From Plasmodiophora brassicae (taxonomy: Eukaryota): DNA of 64,000 bases. The notes under the pieces were generated by a model that saw nothing but the letters and a program-made list of their open reading frames with translations, ran no database searches and was not told the origin of the DNA. The position numbers and the translations under genes are program-made. Positions 26,078 to 36,453 of this stretch are shown one piece after another. Each line of letters opens with the position of its first letter. Positions within the stretch are counted from its first letter, which is position 1. Location: NCBI GenBank assembly GCA_036867785.1, contig CP145419.1:62001-126000 (forward strand). Direction: 5' to 3'.

Positions 26078-27877
26078 TCATATCCATTTCTGAAGCATGG
26101 ATGCGAGCTCGGCAACGGTGAACGGTTTCGCCAGCATGTCGTTCATACCAGCACGAAGGCACATCTCGCGGTCGCGGTGCATGGCGCTGGCCGTCATGGC
26201 GATAATGCGGATGGGCGGGTTGCCGGCCGATCGGGATTCGATTTCGCGCAGGGCCATCGTGGCCCCGCAGCCATCGAGTTCGGGCATCTGGCAATCCATC
26301 AAGATGATGTCAACCGGCCGCGACGTTTCAAATGTGGTCAGGGCTTCTTTCCCGTTGCATGCAAGAAGCACGTTGCGATAGCCGAGGCGGGATAGCTGCC
26401 TCGACACCAAACGCCGAATGATGGCGTTGTCGTCGACCACGAGTATGGATTTCTCTGCGTTCGGCGTTATCGCGTCTGCTGACCTCGGGCCGGCATATTC
26501 GAGAGCACCAGCTCCATCGGCCTGTCCGTCTTGCTGGACGATGCAGAACGGTAGGTCGACCCAGAATGTGGAACCTTGGCCGATGACGCTCTGGACGCCG
26601 ATCCGCCCTTTCATCAGGTCCACCAGCGTCTTCACGATGGGGAGGCCGAGGCCCGTGCCACCATATCTCCTGGTATCAGAGGAGTCCACCTGGAAGAAGG
26701 GCTCAAACAGACCGGGCAAATCCCGCTGGGCAATGCCGATCCCGGCATCGGCAACCTGGAACCGAATGTGAACGACATGATCGTCTGGATCTTGCGCTTG
26801 TGCTTTGCGTCGACTGACGGTCAACGAGACACCAATATTGGAATCTGTGAACTTGATGGCATTGTTCAGCAGGTTTGTTAGGATCTGCCGCAGGCGGTTC
26901 GGGTCGCCCCGCACCAGCACCGGTACGTCGTCATCGATATCAACACGGAGCGGTAACGATTTGAGTCGTGCCTGCCCCTGAAGCAAATGTTCGCACTTGC
27001 GGACCACCTCGCCGATCTGGAACGGGGTATGCTCCAAGACAACGGTGCCCGATTCCAACTTCGACATGTCGAGGAGGTCGTTGACCAGTGCATGTAGAAC
27101 GCGGGCCGAATCGCCAATGAGGTCCACAAGATGGGCCTGGTCCTCCGAGAGAGGCGTCGCGCTGAGCAGGTCGGTGAAGCCGACGATGCCGGTCAGGGGT
27201 GTGCGCAACTCGTGGCTAATCGTCGCGACGAACGTCGATTTGCTGTTGGATGCCTCGACGGCCTTGTCCCGAGCTTCAGTCAGCTCTCCATTCATCCTCT
27301 CCAGCTCATCGGCCTGCTTCTGGACCTGTTCGGCCCGCTGCAGTACCTCCCACTCCATGCGGCGAATCCGCTCCTCCTCTCGTTCAGACGAAGCGTCACG
27401 ATCGCGTGCAACGACCAACTCGGTGACATCTTCGATGCGAACGATGATACTGATGACGTCGCCTGTCTTCGGATCTAGGACCGGGCGCATCAGATTGCTC
27501 CAGTACCTCGTCTCGAACACGCCATCAGCGTTCCGGATATCGTACTTCTGTACGGCCTGGGCGTAAGTCTCCCGGCGTTGCAGGACGGAATTCAACGAGG
27601 CACGCAGACTACGGACGCCATCGGCGGACTGGTCGCTGGGGTTGTCGGGGAACACGTCGAAGAGGTGGCGACCGGTGATGTCCTCTCTGCGTCTCATTGT
27701 CGCGTCTAGGTAGGCATCGGTCATTGCCAATATGTTCAGGTTCGGGTCCAGGACGACACATCGGGCCGGGATCATCTCGAACAGGAGCCGATAGTCGAGA
27801 GCTGGCGACTTGCCGGCGCCATCGCCGTCGCTGGGCGTTTTGGTTTGCCGGCAAGTTCGACGTCTCCAGAACGGCAT
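26078..27877 (-). CDS. Hybrid sensor histidine kinase HK3, intronless, ~599 aa
   Basis: Same motif set; begins MPFWRRR. Confidence 0.95.
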   Translation of the reverse strand: MPFWRRRTCRQTKTPSDGDGAGKSPALDYRLLFEMIPARCVVLDPNLNILAMTDAYLDATMRRREDITGRHLFDVFPDNPSDQSADGVRSLRASLNSVLQRRETYAQAVQKYDIRNADGVFETRYWSNLMRPVLDPKTGDVISIIVRIEDVTELVVARDRDASSEREEERIRRMEWEVLQRAEQVQKQADELERMNGELTEARDKAVEASNSKSTFVATISHELRTPLTGIVGFTDLLSATPLSEDQAHLVDLIGDSARVLHALVNDLLDMSKLESGTVVLEHTPFQIGEVVRKCEHLLQGQARLKSLPLRVDIDDDVPVLVRGDPNRLRQILTNLLNNAIKFTDSNIGVSLTVSRRKAQAQDPDDHVVHIRFQVADAGIGIAQRDLPGLFEPFFQVDSSDTRRYGGTGLGLPIVKTLVDLMKGRIGVQSVIGQGSTFWVDLPFCIVQQDGQADGAGALEYAGPRSADAITPNAEKSILVVDDNAIIRRLVSRQLSRLGYRNVLLACNGKEALTTFETSRPVDIILMDCQMPELDGCGATMALREIESRSAGNPPIRIIAMTASAMHRDREMCLRAGMNDMLAKPFTVAELASMLQKWI

Positions 27878-29205
27878 TGCTGCACCGTACCTGAATTGCA
27901 TTGCGAGATTCAGCTCGGCGCCCCGAATGAGCCTTCTACAGCTTACAGGCAGTGCGATGGGTACCGTTTTCGCCGGTTATCCGTCCAGGCGGCGAATTCT
28001 GACCACACAAGCTGCTAGAGCGGGCAGCCCAGTGCGGCCCGAAAATAACGCGCCGAGTCCGTGGCACGGACGACAATTCCGATTCCTGGCCGCGCACCTC
28101 ATCAGCTGTGCGCCTGTGCCTCGCCAATGCGTATTGGTACACATATAAGCCAGTGGTTCCTGTATCATTTTGGGTATGACACGTAACGCGCCCTTCTGGC
28201 AGTACCGACTCGCGTCGCACGCGTCTTCAGGGCAATGCATGAATGTCGACTGGACCGTGATGCGGCCTGTAGTACTCTAGGTTAAGGCTGCTGATCCCAA
28301 GATGCATGGTACGTGTCCCAGCATCCATGCCATACATTTGTCGTGCCCGTCGAAGTGGGCCATGATCCCAAGTGCGTTTCCCGTCAGCGGCCGTAGCAAC
28401 GACCAGTCTCTGTGCGTACTCCAGCCCTCGCTGAACGCTCCACGAGGCAGCGACGACGTTGGGACTTGGCAGGAGTATCATTGTCCTGGTCGTATTGGTA
28501 TCTATGACCTTCGTAGACGGCGATGTTTTCACCTGACTGTCTAAGGAAGTTGCTGACCTCCTGTGAAGATGAAGATCCACCAGCGACAATCAGCAGATCC
28601 CCGGAACGCCCGAGTTCAACAGCACTCGACGATAAAATCGATCGCCCTGACGTGACGTTTCCACCATGCGAGATCCGCCAATCACGACAGAAACGAGACC
28701 AGCGGTTTCGCGAGCCCGGGCGTAGCGACAACGTTCCTCCCGTGTCCCGCATAGTTGCACTCACACTATGTTAAACTTACCATCCAAGGTCCGGATTCTC
28801 TCCAAATCCCGTTACAACCGTGCCACCGGTTTCCTTCGGTCCCAGCTTCGCGACAGCACCATTGCCGGAAAGTGCATGAACCCCGGGCTGCACCAACGGC
28901 TTGATTTTACAGAACGTAGCTGTCGAATGCTTTGCTCGGATCTGCATATTAACTTCGTTCATGGACGCACCTGCGTACGCTCGTTACGGTCGCAGCTGAT
29001 GTATGAGACAACTCGCACTCAGTGCCATCCTGGTTGTGGAATACGAGCACTGGTCGTCGAGAACATCGACGTATACCGCTATGGCCCCGCGCAGGACGCG
29101 GCCACCGCAATTGGCATCTGCGGCGACGTCTCGATGATCTCGTACGTGACTGGTGTCTATATGAATTATTACATTGGTCCTGAACGCTCCGACGTCGGTA
29201 CACGA

Positions 29206-31011
29206 TCACAGCCATTTATGAAGCACGGACGCGAGGTCGGCCACGGTGAACGGTTTCGCCAGCACGTCGTTCATGCCAGCACGCAGGCACATCTCGCGAT
29301 CCCGGTACATGGCGCTGGCCGTCATGGCGATGATGGGAACCGGGAATGGGTTGCCGGATCGGGATTCGATGTTGCGCAGGGCGATGGTGGCGCCACAACC
29401 ATCGAGTTCCGGCATCTGGCAGTCCATCAGGATGAGGTCCACCGGCCCCGACGTTTCGAATTTCGATACCGCCTCCTTCCCGTTGCATGCAAGAAGCACT
29501 CTCCGGCAGCCGAGGGTGAACAGCTGTCTGGACACCAATCGCAGTATGATCTCGTTGTCGTCGACAACGAGTACGCGTGTGCCTGCTGTCGGCATCGTGC
29601 CATCACACGTCGGGCCGGGATTCGGAACGCTGGTACGACCGGCTTCTCCAACGTGATCGACGACTCCGAACGGGATGTCGACGCAGAAGACGGAACCCTG
29701 ATCGACGACGCTCTGGACGCCGATATGCCCATTCATCATCTCGATCAGGGTCTTGACGATGTGCAGGCCGAGGCCGGTGCCGCCGTACCTCCTCGTATCC
29801 GACGAATCCACCTGAAAGAACGGGGTAAACAGGCTCGCCAGGTCTTGCTGGTCGATCCCGATCCCGCTGTCAGCGATTTGGAACCTGATTCGGACGGTCT
29901 GGTCACCGGCATCTCGGGCTTTCACGCGGCTGACGTTCAAGGTGACACCGCCGGCATCGGTGAACTTGATGGCGTTGTTCAGCAGGTTCGTCAGTACCTG
30001 CCGTAGACGATTTGAGTCGCCCCGCACCAGCACCGGCACGTCGTCATCGATCATGACACGGAACGGTAGGGATTTCAACTGCGCCTGCCCTTGAAGTAGA
30101 TGTTGACATTTGCTGACCACCTTGCGAATTAGGAACGGGGCCTGCTCGAGGACGACCTTGCCGGCTTCCAGTTTCGACACGTCGAGAAGGTCGTTGACCA
30201 GAGTGTGCAGAACGCGTGCCGAATCACCGATCAGGTTGAGGAGGTCGGTCTGATCGTCCGAGAGGGGCGTCGCACTCAGCAGGTCGGTGAAGCCGACGAT
30301 GCCAGTCAGGGGCGTGCGCAACTCGTGGCTGATCGTCGCGACCAACGTCGATTTGCTGTTGGATGCCTCGATGGCCTTGTCCCGTGCTTCAGTCAGTTCA
30401 GCGTTCATCTTTTCCATCTCCAAGGCCTGCTGCTGGACCTGTTCGGCACGTTGCAGTACCTCGCATTCCATGCGGCGAATCGTCTCCTCGGCACCGACCC
30501 GTCGCCGCTTCTCCTGTTCGAAGGATGACTCACGACCGCGAGCGACGATTAACTCGGTGACATCCTCAATGCGAATAATGATGTTGACCAGGCCGCCTGT
30601 GTTTGGATCCAGGACGGGGCAACTAACGCCGGACCAGTATTTCGTTTCGAACAGGCCGTCAGCGTTCCTGACGTCGAATTTCTGGACGGCCAACGCGTGC
30701 GACTTGCGGTGTTCCAGGACATATTTCAGCGACGCGCGCAGGTTGCGGACGCCATCGGCGGATGGATCACTGGGATTGTCGGGGAACACGTCGAACAGAT
30801 ATCGTCCGGTGATGTTCTCCTTGCGTGTCATCGTTGCTTCCAGGTAGGCGTCGCTCGCCGCCACGATGCGCAGTTCCAGGTCCAGGACGACGCATTGGGT
30901 CGGAATCGCCTGGAATATGAGGTGATAGTCGACCGTTGCCGGCTCGGCGGCCGCTTTACCGACGCATGGCATTCTGATGCCTTGCCCTGTGCGACGTTTC
31001 CAGAGCGGCAT
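29206..31011 (-). CDS. Hybrid sensor histidine kinase HK4, intronless, ~601 aa
   Basis: Same motif set; begins MPLWKRR. Confidence 0.95.
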   Translation of the reverse strand: MPLWKRRTGQGIRMPCVGKAAAEPATVDYHLIFQAIPTQCVVLDLELRIVAASDAYLEATMTRKENITGRYLFDVFPDNPSDPSADGVRNLRASLKYVLEHRKSHALAVQKFDVRNADGLFETKYWSGVSCPVLDPNTGGLVNIIIRIEDVTELIVARGRESSFEQEKRRRVGAEETIRRMECEVLQRAEQVQQQALEMEKMNAELTEARDKAIEASNSKSTLVATISHELRTPLTGIVGFTDLLSATPLSDDQTDLLNLIGDSARVLHTLVNDLLDVSKLEAGKVVLEQAPFLIRKVVSKCQHLLQGQAQLKSLPFRVMIDDDVPVLVRGDSNRLRQVLTNLLNNAIKFTDAGGVTLNVSRVKARDAGDQTVRIRFQIADSGIGIDQQDLASLFTPFFQVDSSDTRRYGGTGLGLHIVKTLIEMMNGHIGVQSVVDQGSVFCVDIPFGVVDHVGEAGRTSVPNPGPTCDGTMPTAGTRVLVVDDNEIILRLVSRQLFTLGCRRVLLACNGKEAVSKFETSGPVDLILMDCQMPELDGCGATIALRNIESRSGNPFPVPIIAMTASAMYRDREMCLRAGMNDVLAKPFTVADLASVLHKWL

Positions 31012-31885
31012 TGCACCGTAATCTGCCCCGCAGCCACCGGATCGGCGTCTTGTAGAATGGGTACCCGTTTCGTGCGGGGGTCGCCTTGCCCTTTGGTCGG
31101 CGAATCCTGACCGCACAACTGCCGGCAGGCGCAGCTACGTGCGGCCAAAAATAGTGTTCGCGGTCCGCGAAACTGGGAAGGTCGACGCCGGTGCGCCCCA
31201 TGAGTCCCTGACCCTTGCGCTCTTCCCATAGACATATTATTGGCCCGTCGCGGCGGATGTCGCCACTGTGCATTCGGATATCTTGCATCGGGACCCTGGC
31301 ACCGGGGAACAGGCTAGTACCGTTACGTATGGGCAAATAACCCGCACACAAGTGTGTTCCCCGGTCGCATCCAACTGTGTGCAGGTGGTTATCTGGCAGG
31401 ACGTCGCGCTTTCGGGGTCAACGGGTCCGCGCCGTCGAGGGACAACGGGGCTTGACGTTTCGCCTTAGGGGAAGGGACAATGACGGCTGCCATGTGGGCA
31501 ATGCGGGCCCGTTGGCCCCCGGCACGTTGACGTGAGCACGGCAGTGCAACCGGCGGCCCGACACATAGGCATCGTTCCACATCACGACGACTATGACATG
31601 ACGTGGGGCGATCAAGCCATTCTGGACGTCTTCCTACGTTGGCTGGAGGCGCCATTTCGTCTGCAGTGCCTGGCGCAATGCCACGGGGACAGTGCCTGCA
31701 GCATCCCCAGGCGACATCGGGACCGACGATGAGCCTTGCGCCCGTTTCCCTTCTGAGACTGTCATGCCATGCCCCGGCGGTTTATCCAGTGCCATGGAAT
31801 GGCGTTTATCTCGACCATCTCCTACATGACTGATGTTTATACGAATAATTAAATTGCTCCTGAACACTACGCCGTCGTTACACGA

Positions 31886-32921
31886 TCATAGCCATTTATG
31901 AAGCACGGAGGCGAGGTCGGCCACGGTGAACGGTTTCGCCAGCAGGTCGTTCATGCCAGCACGAAGGCACATCTCGCGATCCCGGTACAAAGCGCTGGCC
32001 GTCATGGCGATGATGGGAACCGGGAACGGGTTGCCGGATCGGGATTCGATGTTGCGCAGGGCGATGGTGGCGCCACAACCATCGAGTTCCGGCATCTGGC
32101 AGTCCATCAGGATGAGGTCCACCGGCCCCGACGTTTCGAATTTCGATACCGCCTCCTTCCCGTTGCATGCAAGAAGCACTCTCCGGCAGCGGTGAAGCCG
32201 ACGATGCCAGTCAGGGGCGTGCGCAACTCGTGGCTGATTGTCGCGACCAACGTTGATTTGCTGTCGGATGCCTCGATAGCCTTGTCTCGCGCTTCAACCA
32301 GTTCAGCGTTCATCTTTTCCATCTCCGAGGCCTGCTGCTGGACCTGCTCGGCACGTTGCAATACCTCGCATTCCATGCGGCGAATCGTCTCCTCGGCACC
32401 GACCCGTCGCCGCTTCTCTTGTTCGAAGGACGCCTCACGGTCGCGGGCGACGATTACCTCTGTGACATCCTCAATGCGAATAATGATGTTGACCGGGCGC
32501 GGCCGCCTGTGTTCGGATCCAGGACGGGGCAACTAACGCCTGACCAGTATTTCGTTTCGAACAGGCCGTCAGCGTTCCTGACGTCGAATTTCTGGACGGC
32601 CAACGCGTGCGACTTGTGGTGTTCCAGGACATATTTCAGCGACGCGAGCAGGTTGCGGACGCCATCGGCGGATGGATCACTGGGATTGTCGAGGAACATA
32701 TCGAACAGATATCGTCCGGTGATGTTTTCCTTGCGTGTCATCGTTGCTTCCAGGTACGCATCGCTCGCCGCCACGATGCGCAGGTCCAGGTCCAGGACGA
32801 CGCATTGGGTCGGGATCGCCTGGAATATGAGGTGATAGTTGACCGTTGCCGGTTCGGCGGCCGCTTTACCGACGCATGGTATTCTGATGCCTTGTCCTGT
32901 GCGACGTTTCCAGAGCGGCAT
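31886..32921 (-). pseudogene. HK5 pseudogene: near copy of HK4 with a +5 nt frameshift (~32495) and a 775 nt internal deletion (junction 32190/32191)
   Basis: The junction CTCCGGCAGC|GGTGAAGCCG joins sequences found in HK4 at 29510 and 30286, removing the HATPase domain and the start of REC. GACCGGGCGCGGCC replaces GACCAGGCC. Confidence 0.9.
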
Positions 32922-33902
32922 TGCACCGTAATCTGCCCCGCAGCCAACGGATCGGCGTCTCCACGGATCTGCAATGGACAAGTTGTAGAATGGGTACCCG
33001 TTTCGTACGGGTCCCCCTTGAACGGCGAATCCTGACCGCACAACTGCCGGCAGGCGCAGCTGCGCACGGCCAGAAATGGCGTTCGCAGTCCGCGAAATTG
33101 GGCAGGTCGACGCCGGTACGACACGTGGCTCTTGCGTCTTCCCATGGGCATATTATTGGCCCGTCGCGGCGGATGTCGCCACTGTGCATTCGGGTATCGT
33201 TCATCATCAGGACCTCGCACCGGGGAACAGACTGGTACCATTACGTACGGGCAAATAACCCGCGCACATGTGTGCTCCGCGGCCGTATCCAACTGTGTGC
33301 AGGTGGTTATCTGACATGACGTTGCGCTTTCGGGGGATAACGGGACTTGACGTTTCGCCTTACGGGGAGGGGACATTGACGGCTGTCTGCGGCTTCGGGG
33401 GCCGACGGGGCTTGACGTTTCGCCTTAGGGGAAGGGGCAATGACGGCTGCCTTATGGGCAATGCGGACCCGTTGGCGTCCGGCACGTTGACGTGAGCACG
33501 GCACTGCAACCGGCGGCTCGGCACATAGGCATCGTTCCTCATCACGACTACTATGACATGACGTGCGGCGCTCAAGCCATTCTGGACGTCTTCCTACGTT
33601 CGCCGGAGGCGCCATTTCGTCGGCAGTGCCTGGCGCAATGCCACGCGGACAGTCCCTGCAGCATAGACGACATCGGGACCGACGTCTACTGTTCAGTAGC
33701 AGAGATGAGCCTTGCGCCCTTTGCCCTTCTGAGACTGTCATGCCATGCCCGGCGGTTTATCCAGTGCCTAGGAATGGCGTTTAGCGGTGTGACAACAAAC
33801 GGTTTGGGTCAGGGTGAGGTGTTGGTCTTGATGATCTCCTGCATGACTGGTGTTTATACGAATTATTACATTGGTCCTGAACACTACGCCGTTGTTACAC
33901 GA

Positions 33903-35699
33903 TCATAGCCATTTATGAAGCACGGACGCGAGGTCGGCCACGGTGAACGGTTTCGCCAGCACGTCGTTCATGCCAGAACGAAGGCACATCTCGCGATCCC
34001 GGTACATGGCGCTGGCCGTCATGGCGATGATGGGAACCGGGAACGGGTTGCCGGATCGGGATTCGATGTTGCGTAGGGCGATGGTGGCGCCACAACCATC
34101 GAGTTCCGGCATCTGGCAGTCCATCAGGATGAGGTCCACCGGCCCCGACGTTTCGAATTTTGATACCGCCTCCTTCCCGTTGCATGCAAGAAGCACTCTC
34201 CGGCAGCCGAGGGTGAACAGCTGTCTGGACACCAATCGCAGTATGATTGCGTTGTCGTCGACAACGAGTACGCGTTTGCCTGCTGTCGGCACCCTGCCGC
34301 CACACCTCGGGCTGGGATTAGGAACGCTGGTACGACCGGCTTCTCCAACGTGATCGACGACTCCGAACGGGATGTCGACGCAGAAGACGGAACCCTGATC
34401 GACGACGCTCTGGACGCCGATCTGCCCATTCATCATCTCGACCACGGTCTTGACGATGTGTAGGCCGAGGCCGGTGCCGCCGTACCTCCTCGTATCCGAC
34501 GAATCCACCTGGAAGAACGGGGTAAATAGGCCCGCCAGGTCTTGCTGGTCGATCCCGATCCCGCTATCAGCGACTTGGAACCTGATTCGGACGGTCTGGT
34601 CACCGGCATCTCGGGATTTCACGCGGCTGACGTTCAAGGTGACACCGCCGGCATCGGTGAACTTGATGGCGTTGTTGAGCAGGTTCGTCAGTACCTGCCG
34701 TAGGCGATTCGAGTCGCCACGCACCAGCACCGGCACGTCGTCATCGATCACGACACGGAACGGTAGGGATTTCAGCTGCGCCTGGCCTTGAAGTAGATGT
34801 TGACATTTGCTGACCACCTTGCGAATTAGGAACGGGGCCTGCTCGAGGACGACCTTGCCGGCTTCCAGTTTCGACACGTCGAGAAGGTCGTTGACCAGAG
34901 TGTGGAGAACGCGTGCCGAATCACCGATCAGGTTGACAAGGTCGGTCTGGTCGTCCGAGAGAGGCGTCGCGCTGAGAAGGTCGGTGAAGCCGACGATGCC
35001 AGTCAGGGGTGTGCGCAACTCGTGGCTGATCGTCGCGACCAACGTCGATTTGCTGTTGGATGCCTCGATGGCCTTGTCCCGTGCTTCAGTCAGCTCAGCG
35101 TTCATCTTGTCCATCTCCAAGGCCTGCTGCTGGACCTGCTCGGCACGTTGCAGCACCTCCCACTCCATACGGCGCGCCGTCTCCTCGGCACCGACCCGTC
35201 GCCGCTTCTCTTTTTCGAAGGACGCCTCGCGATCACGAGCGATAATTAACTCAGTGACATCCTCACAGCGAATAACGATGTTGATCAGGTCGCCTGTGTT
35301 CGAATCCAGGACGGGGCAACCAACGCCGGACCAGTATCTCGTTTCGAACTGGCCGTCAGCGTTCCTAAGGTCATATTTCTGGACGGCCATCGAGTGCGAC
35401 TTGCGGTGTTCCAGGACGTACTTCAGCGACGCGCGCACGGTGCGGACGCCATCGGCGGATGGATCACTGGGATTGTCGGGGAACACGTCGAACAGATATC
35501 GTCCAATGATGTTCTCTCTGCGTGTCATCGTTGCTTCCAGGAACGCATCGCTCGCCGCCGTGATGCACAGGTTCATGTCCAGGACGACGCATCGGTCCGG
35601 AATCGCCTGGAATATGAGGCGATAGTTGACGGCTGCCGGTTCGGCGGCCGCTTTACCGACGCATGGTATTCTGACTGTGCGACGTTTCCAGAGCGGCAT
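33903..35699 (-). CDS. Hybrid sensor histidine kinase HK6, intronless, ~598 aa
   Basis: Same motif set; begins MPLWKRR. Confidence 0.95.
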   Translation of the reverse strand: MPLWKRRTVRIPCVGKAAAEPAAVNYRLIFQAIPDRCVVLDMNLCITAASDAFLEATMTRRENIIGRYLFDVFPDNPSDPSADGVRTVRASLKYVLEHRKSHSMAVQKYDLRNADGQFETRYWSGVGCPVLDSNTGDLINIVIRCEDVTELIIARDREASFEKEKRRRVGAEETARRMEWEVLQRAEQVQQQALEMDKMNAELTEARDKAIEASNSKSTLVATISHELRTPLTGIVGFTDLLSATPLSDDQTDLVNLIGDSARVLHTLVNDLLDVSKLEAGKVVLEQAPFLIRKVVSKCQHLLQGQAQLKSLPFRVVIDDDVPVLVRGDSNRLRQVLTNLLNNAIKFTDAGGVTLNVSRVKSRDAGDQTVRIRFQVADSGIGIDQQDLAGLFTPFFQVDSSDTRRYGGTGLGLHIVKTVVEMMNGQIGVQSVVDQGSVFCVDIPFGVVDHVGEAGRTSVPNPSPRCGGRVPTAGKRVLVVDDNAIILRLVSRQLFTLGCRRVLLACNGKEAVSKFETSGPVDLILMDCQMPELDGCGATIALRNIESRSGNPFPVPIIAMTASAMYRDREMCLRSGMNDVLAKPFTVADLASVLHKWL

Positions 35700-36453
35700 T
35701 GCACTGTAATCTGCCCCGCAGCCAACGGATCGACGTCTCCACTGGTCTGCAATGGACAAGGTGTAGAATGGGGTATCCGTTCCGTACTGGTCGCCCTTGA
35801 ACGGCGAATCCTGGCCGCACAAATGCCGGCAGGCGCAGCTGCGTTCGGCCAGAAATAGCGTTCGCAGTCCGCGAATTTGGGAAGGTCGACGCCGGTGCGC
35901 ACCCGTGCCGCTTGCGCCCTTCTTCCCATAGAAATATTATTTGTCCGTCGCCGCGGATGTCGCCACTGTGCATTCGGGTATCGTTCATCGGGACCTGGCA
36001 CCGGGGAAGAGGCTCGGACCATTACGTATGGGCAAAGAACCCGCACGTAGGTGGTTATCTGACAGGACGTTGCGCTTTCGGGGGACAACGGGGCTTGACG
36101 TTTCGCCGGAGAGGGACAATGGCGGCTGTGCCTTATGGGCAATGCGGGCCCGTTGGCGCCCGGCACGTTGACGTGAGCACGGCTGAAGTGGGCACTGCAA
36201 CCGGCGGCCAGGCACATTGGCATCGTTCCACGTCACGACTACTATGATATGACGCGCGACGCTCAAGCCATTCTGGACGTCTTCCTACGTCCGCCAGAGG
36301 CGCCATTTCGTCGGCAGTGTCTGGCGCAATGCTAGACGGGCAGCGCCTACAGCATCCCCAGCCGACGTCATCGGGACCGGCGTCTACCGCTCAGTAGCAG
36401 AGCTGAGCCTTGCGGCCGTTGCCTTCTGGGAGTGCCATGCCATGCCCGGCGGT

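Noticed and set aside
33340-33450. Short direct repeat (CTTGACGTTTCGCCTTA twice) that might suggest a CRISPR-like array
   Set aside because: Only two copies from a local duplication inside the duplicated flank; no spacers, no cas genes, eukaryotic context.
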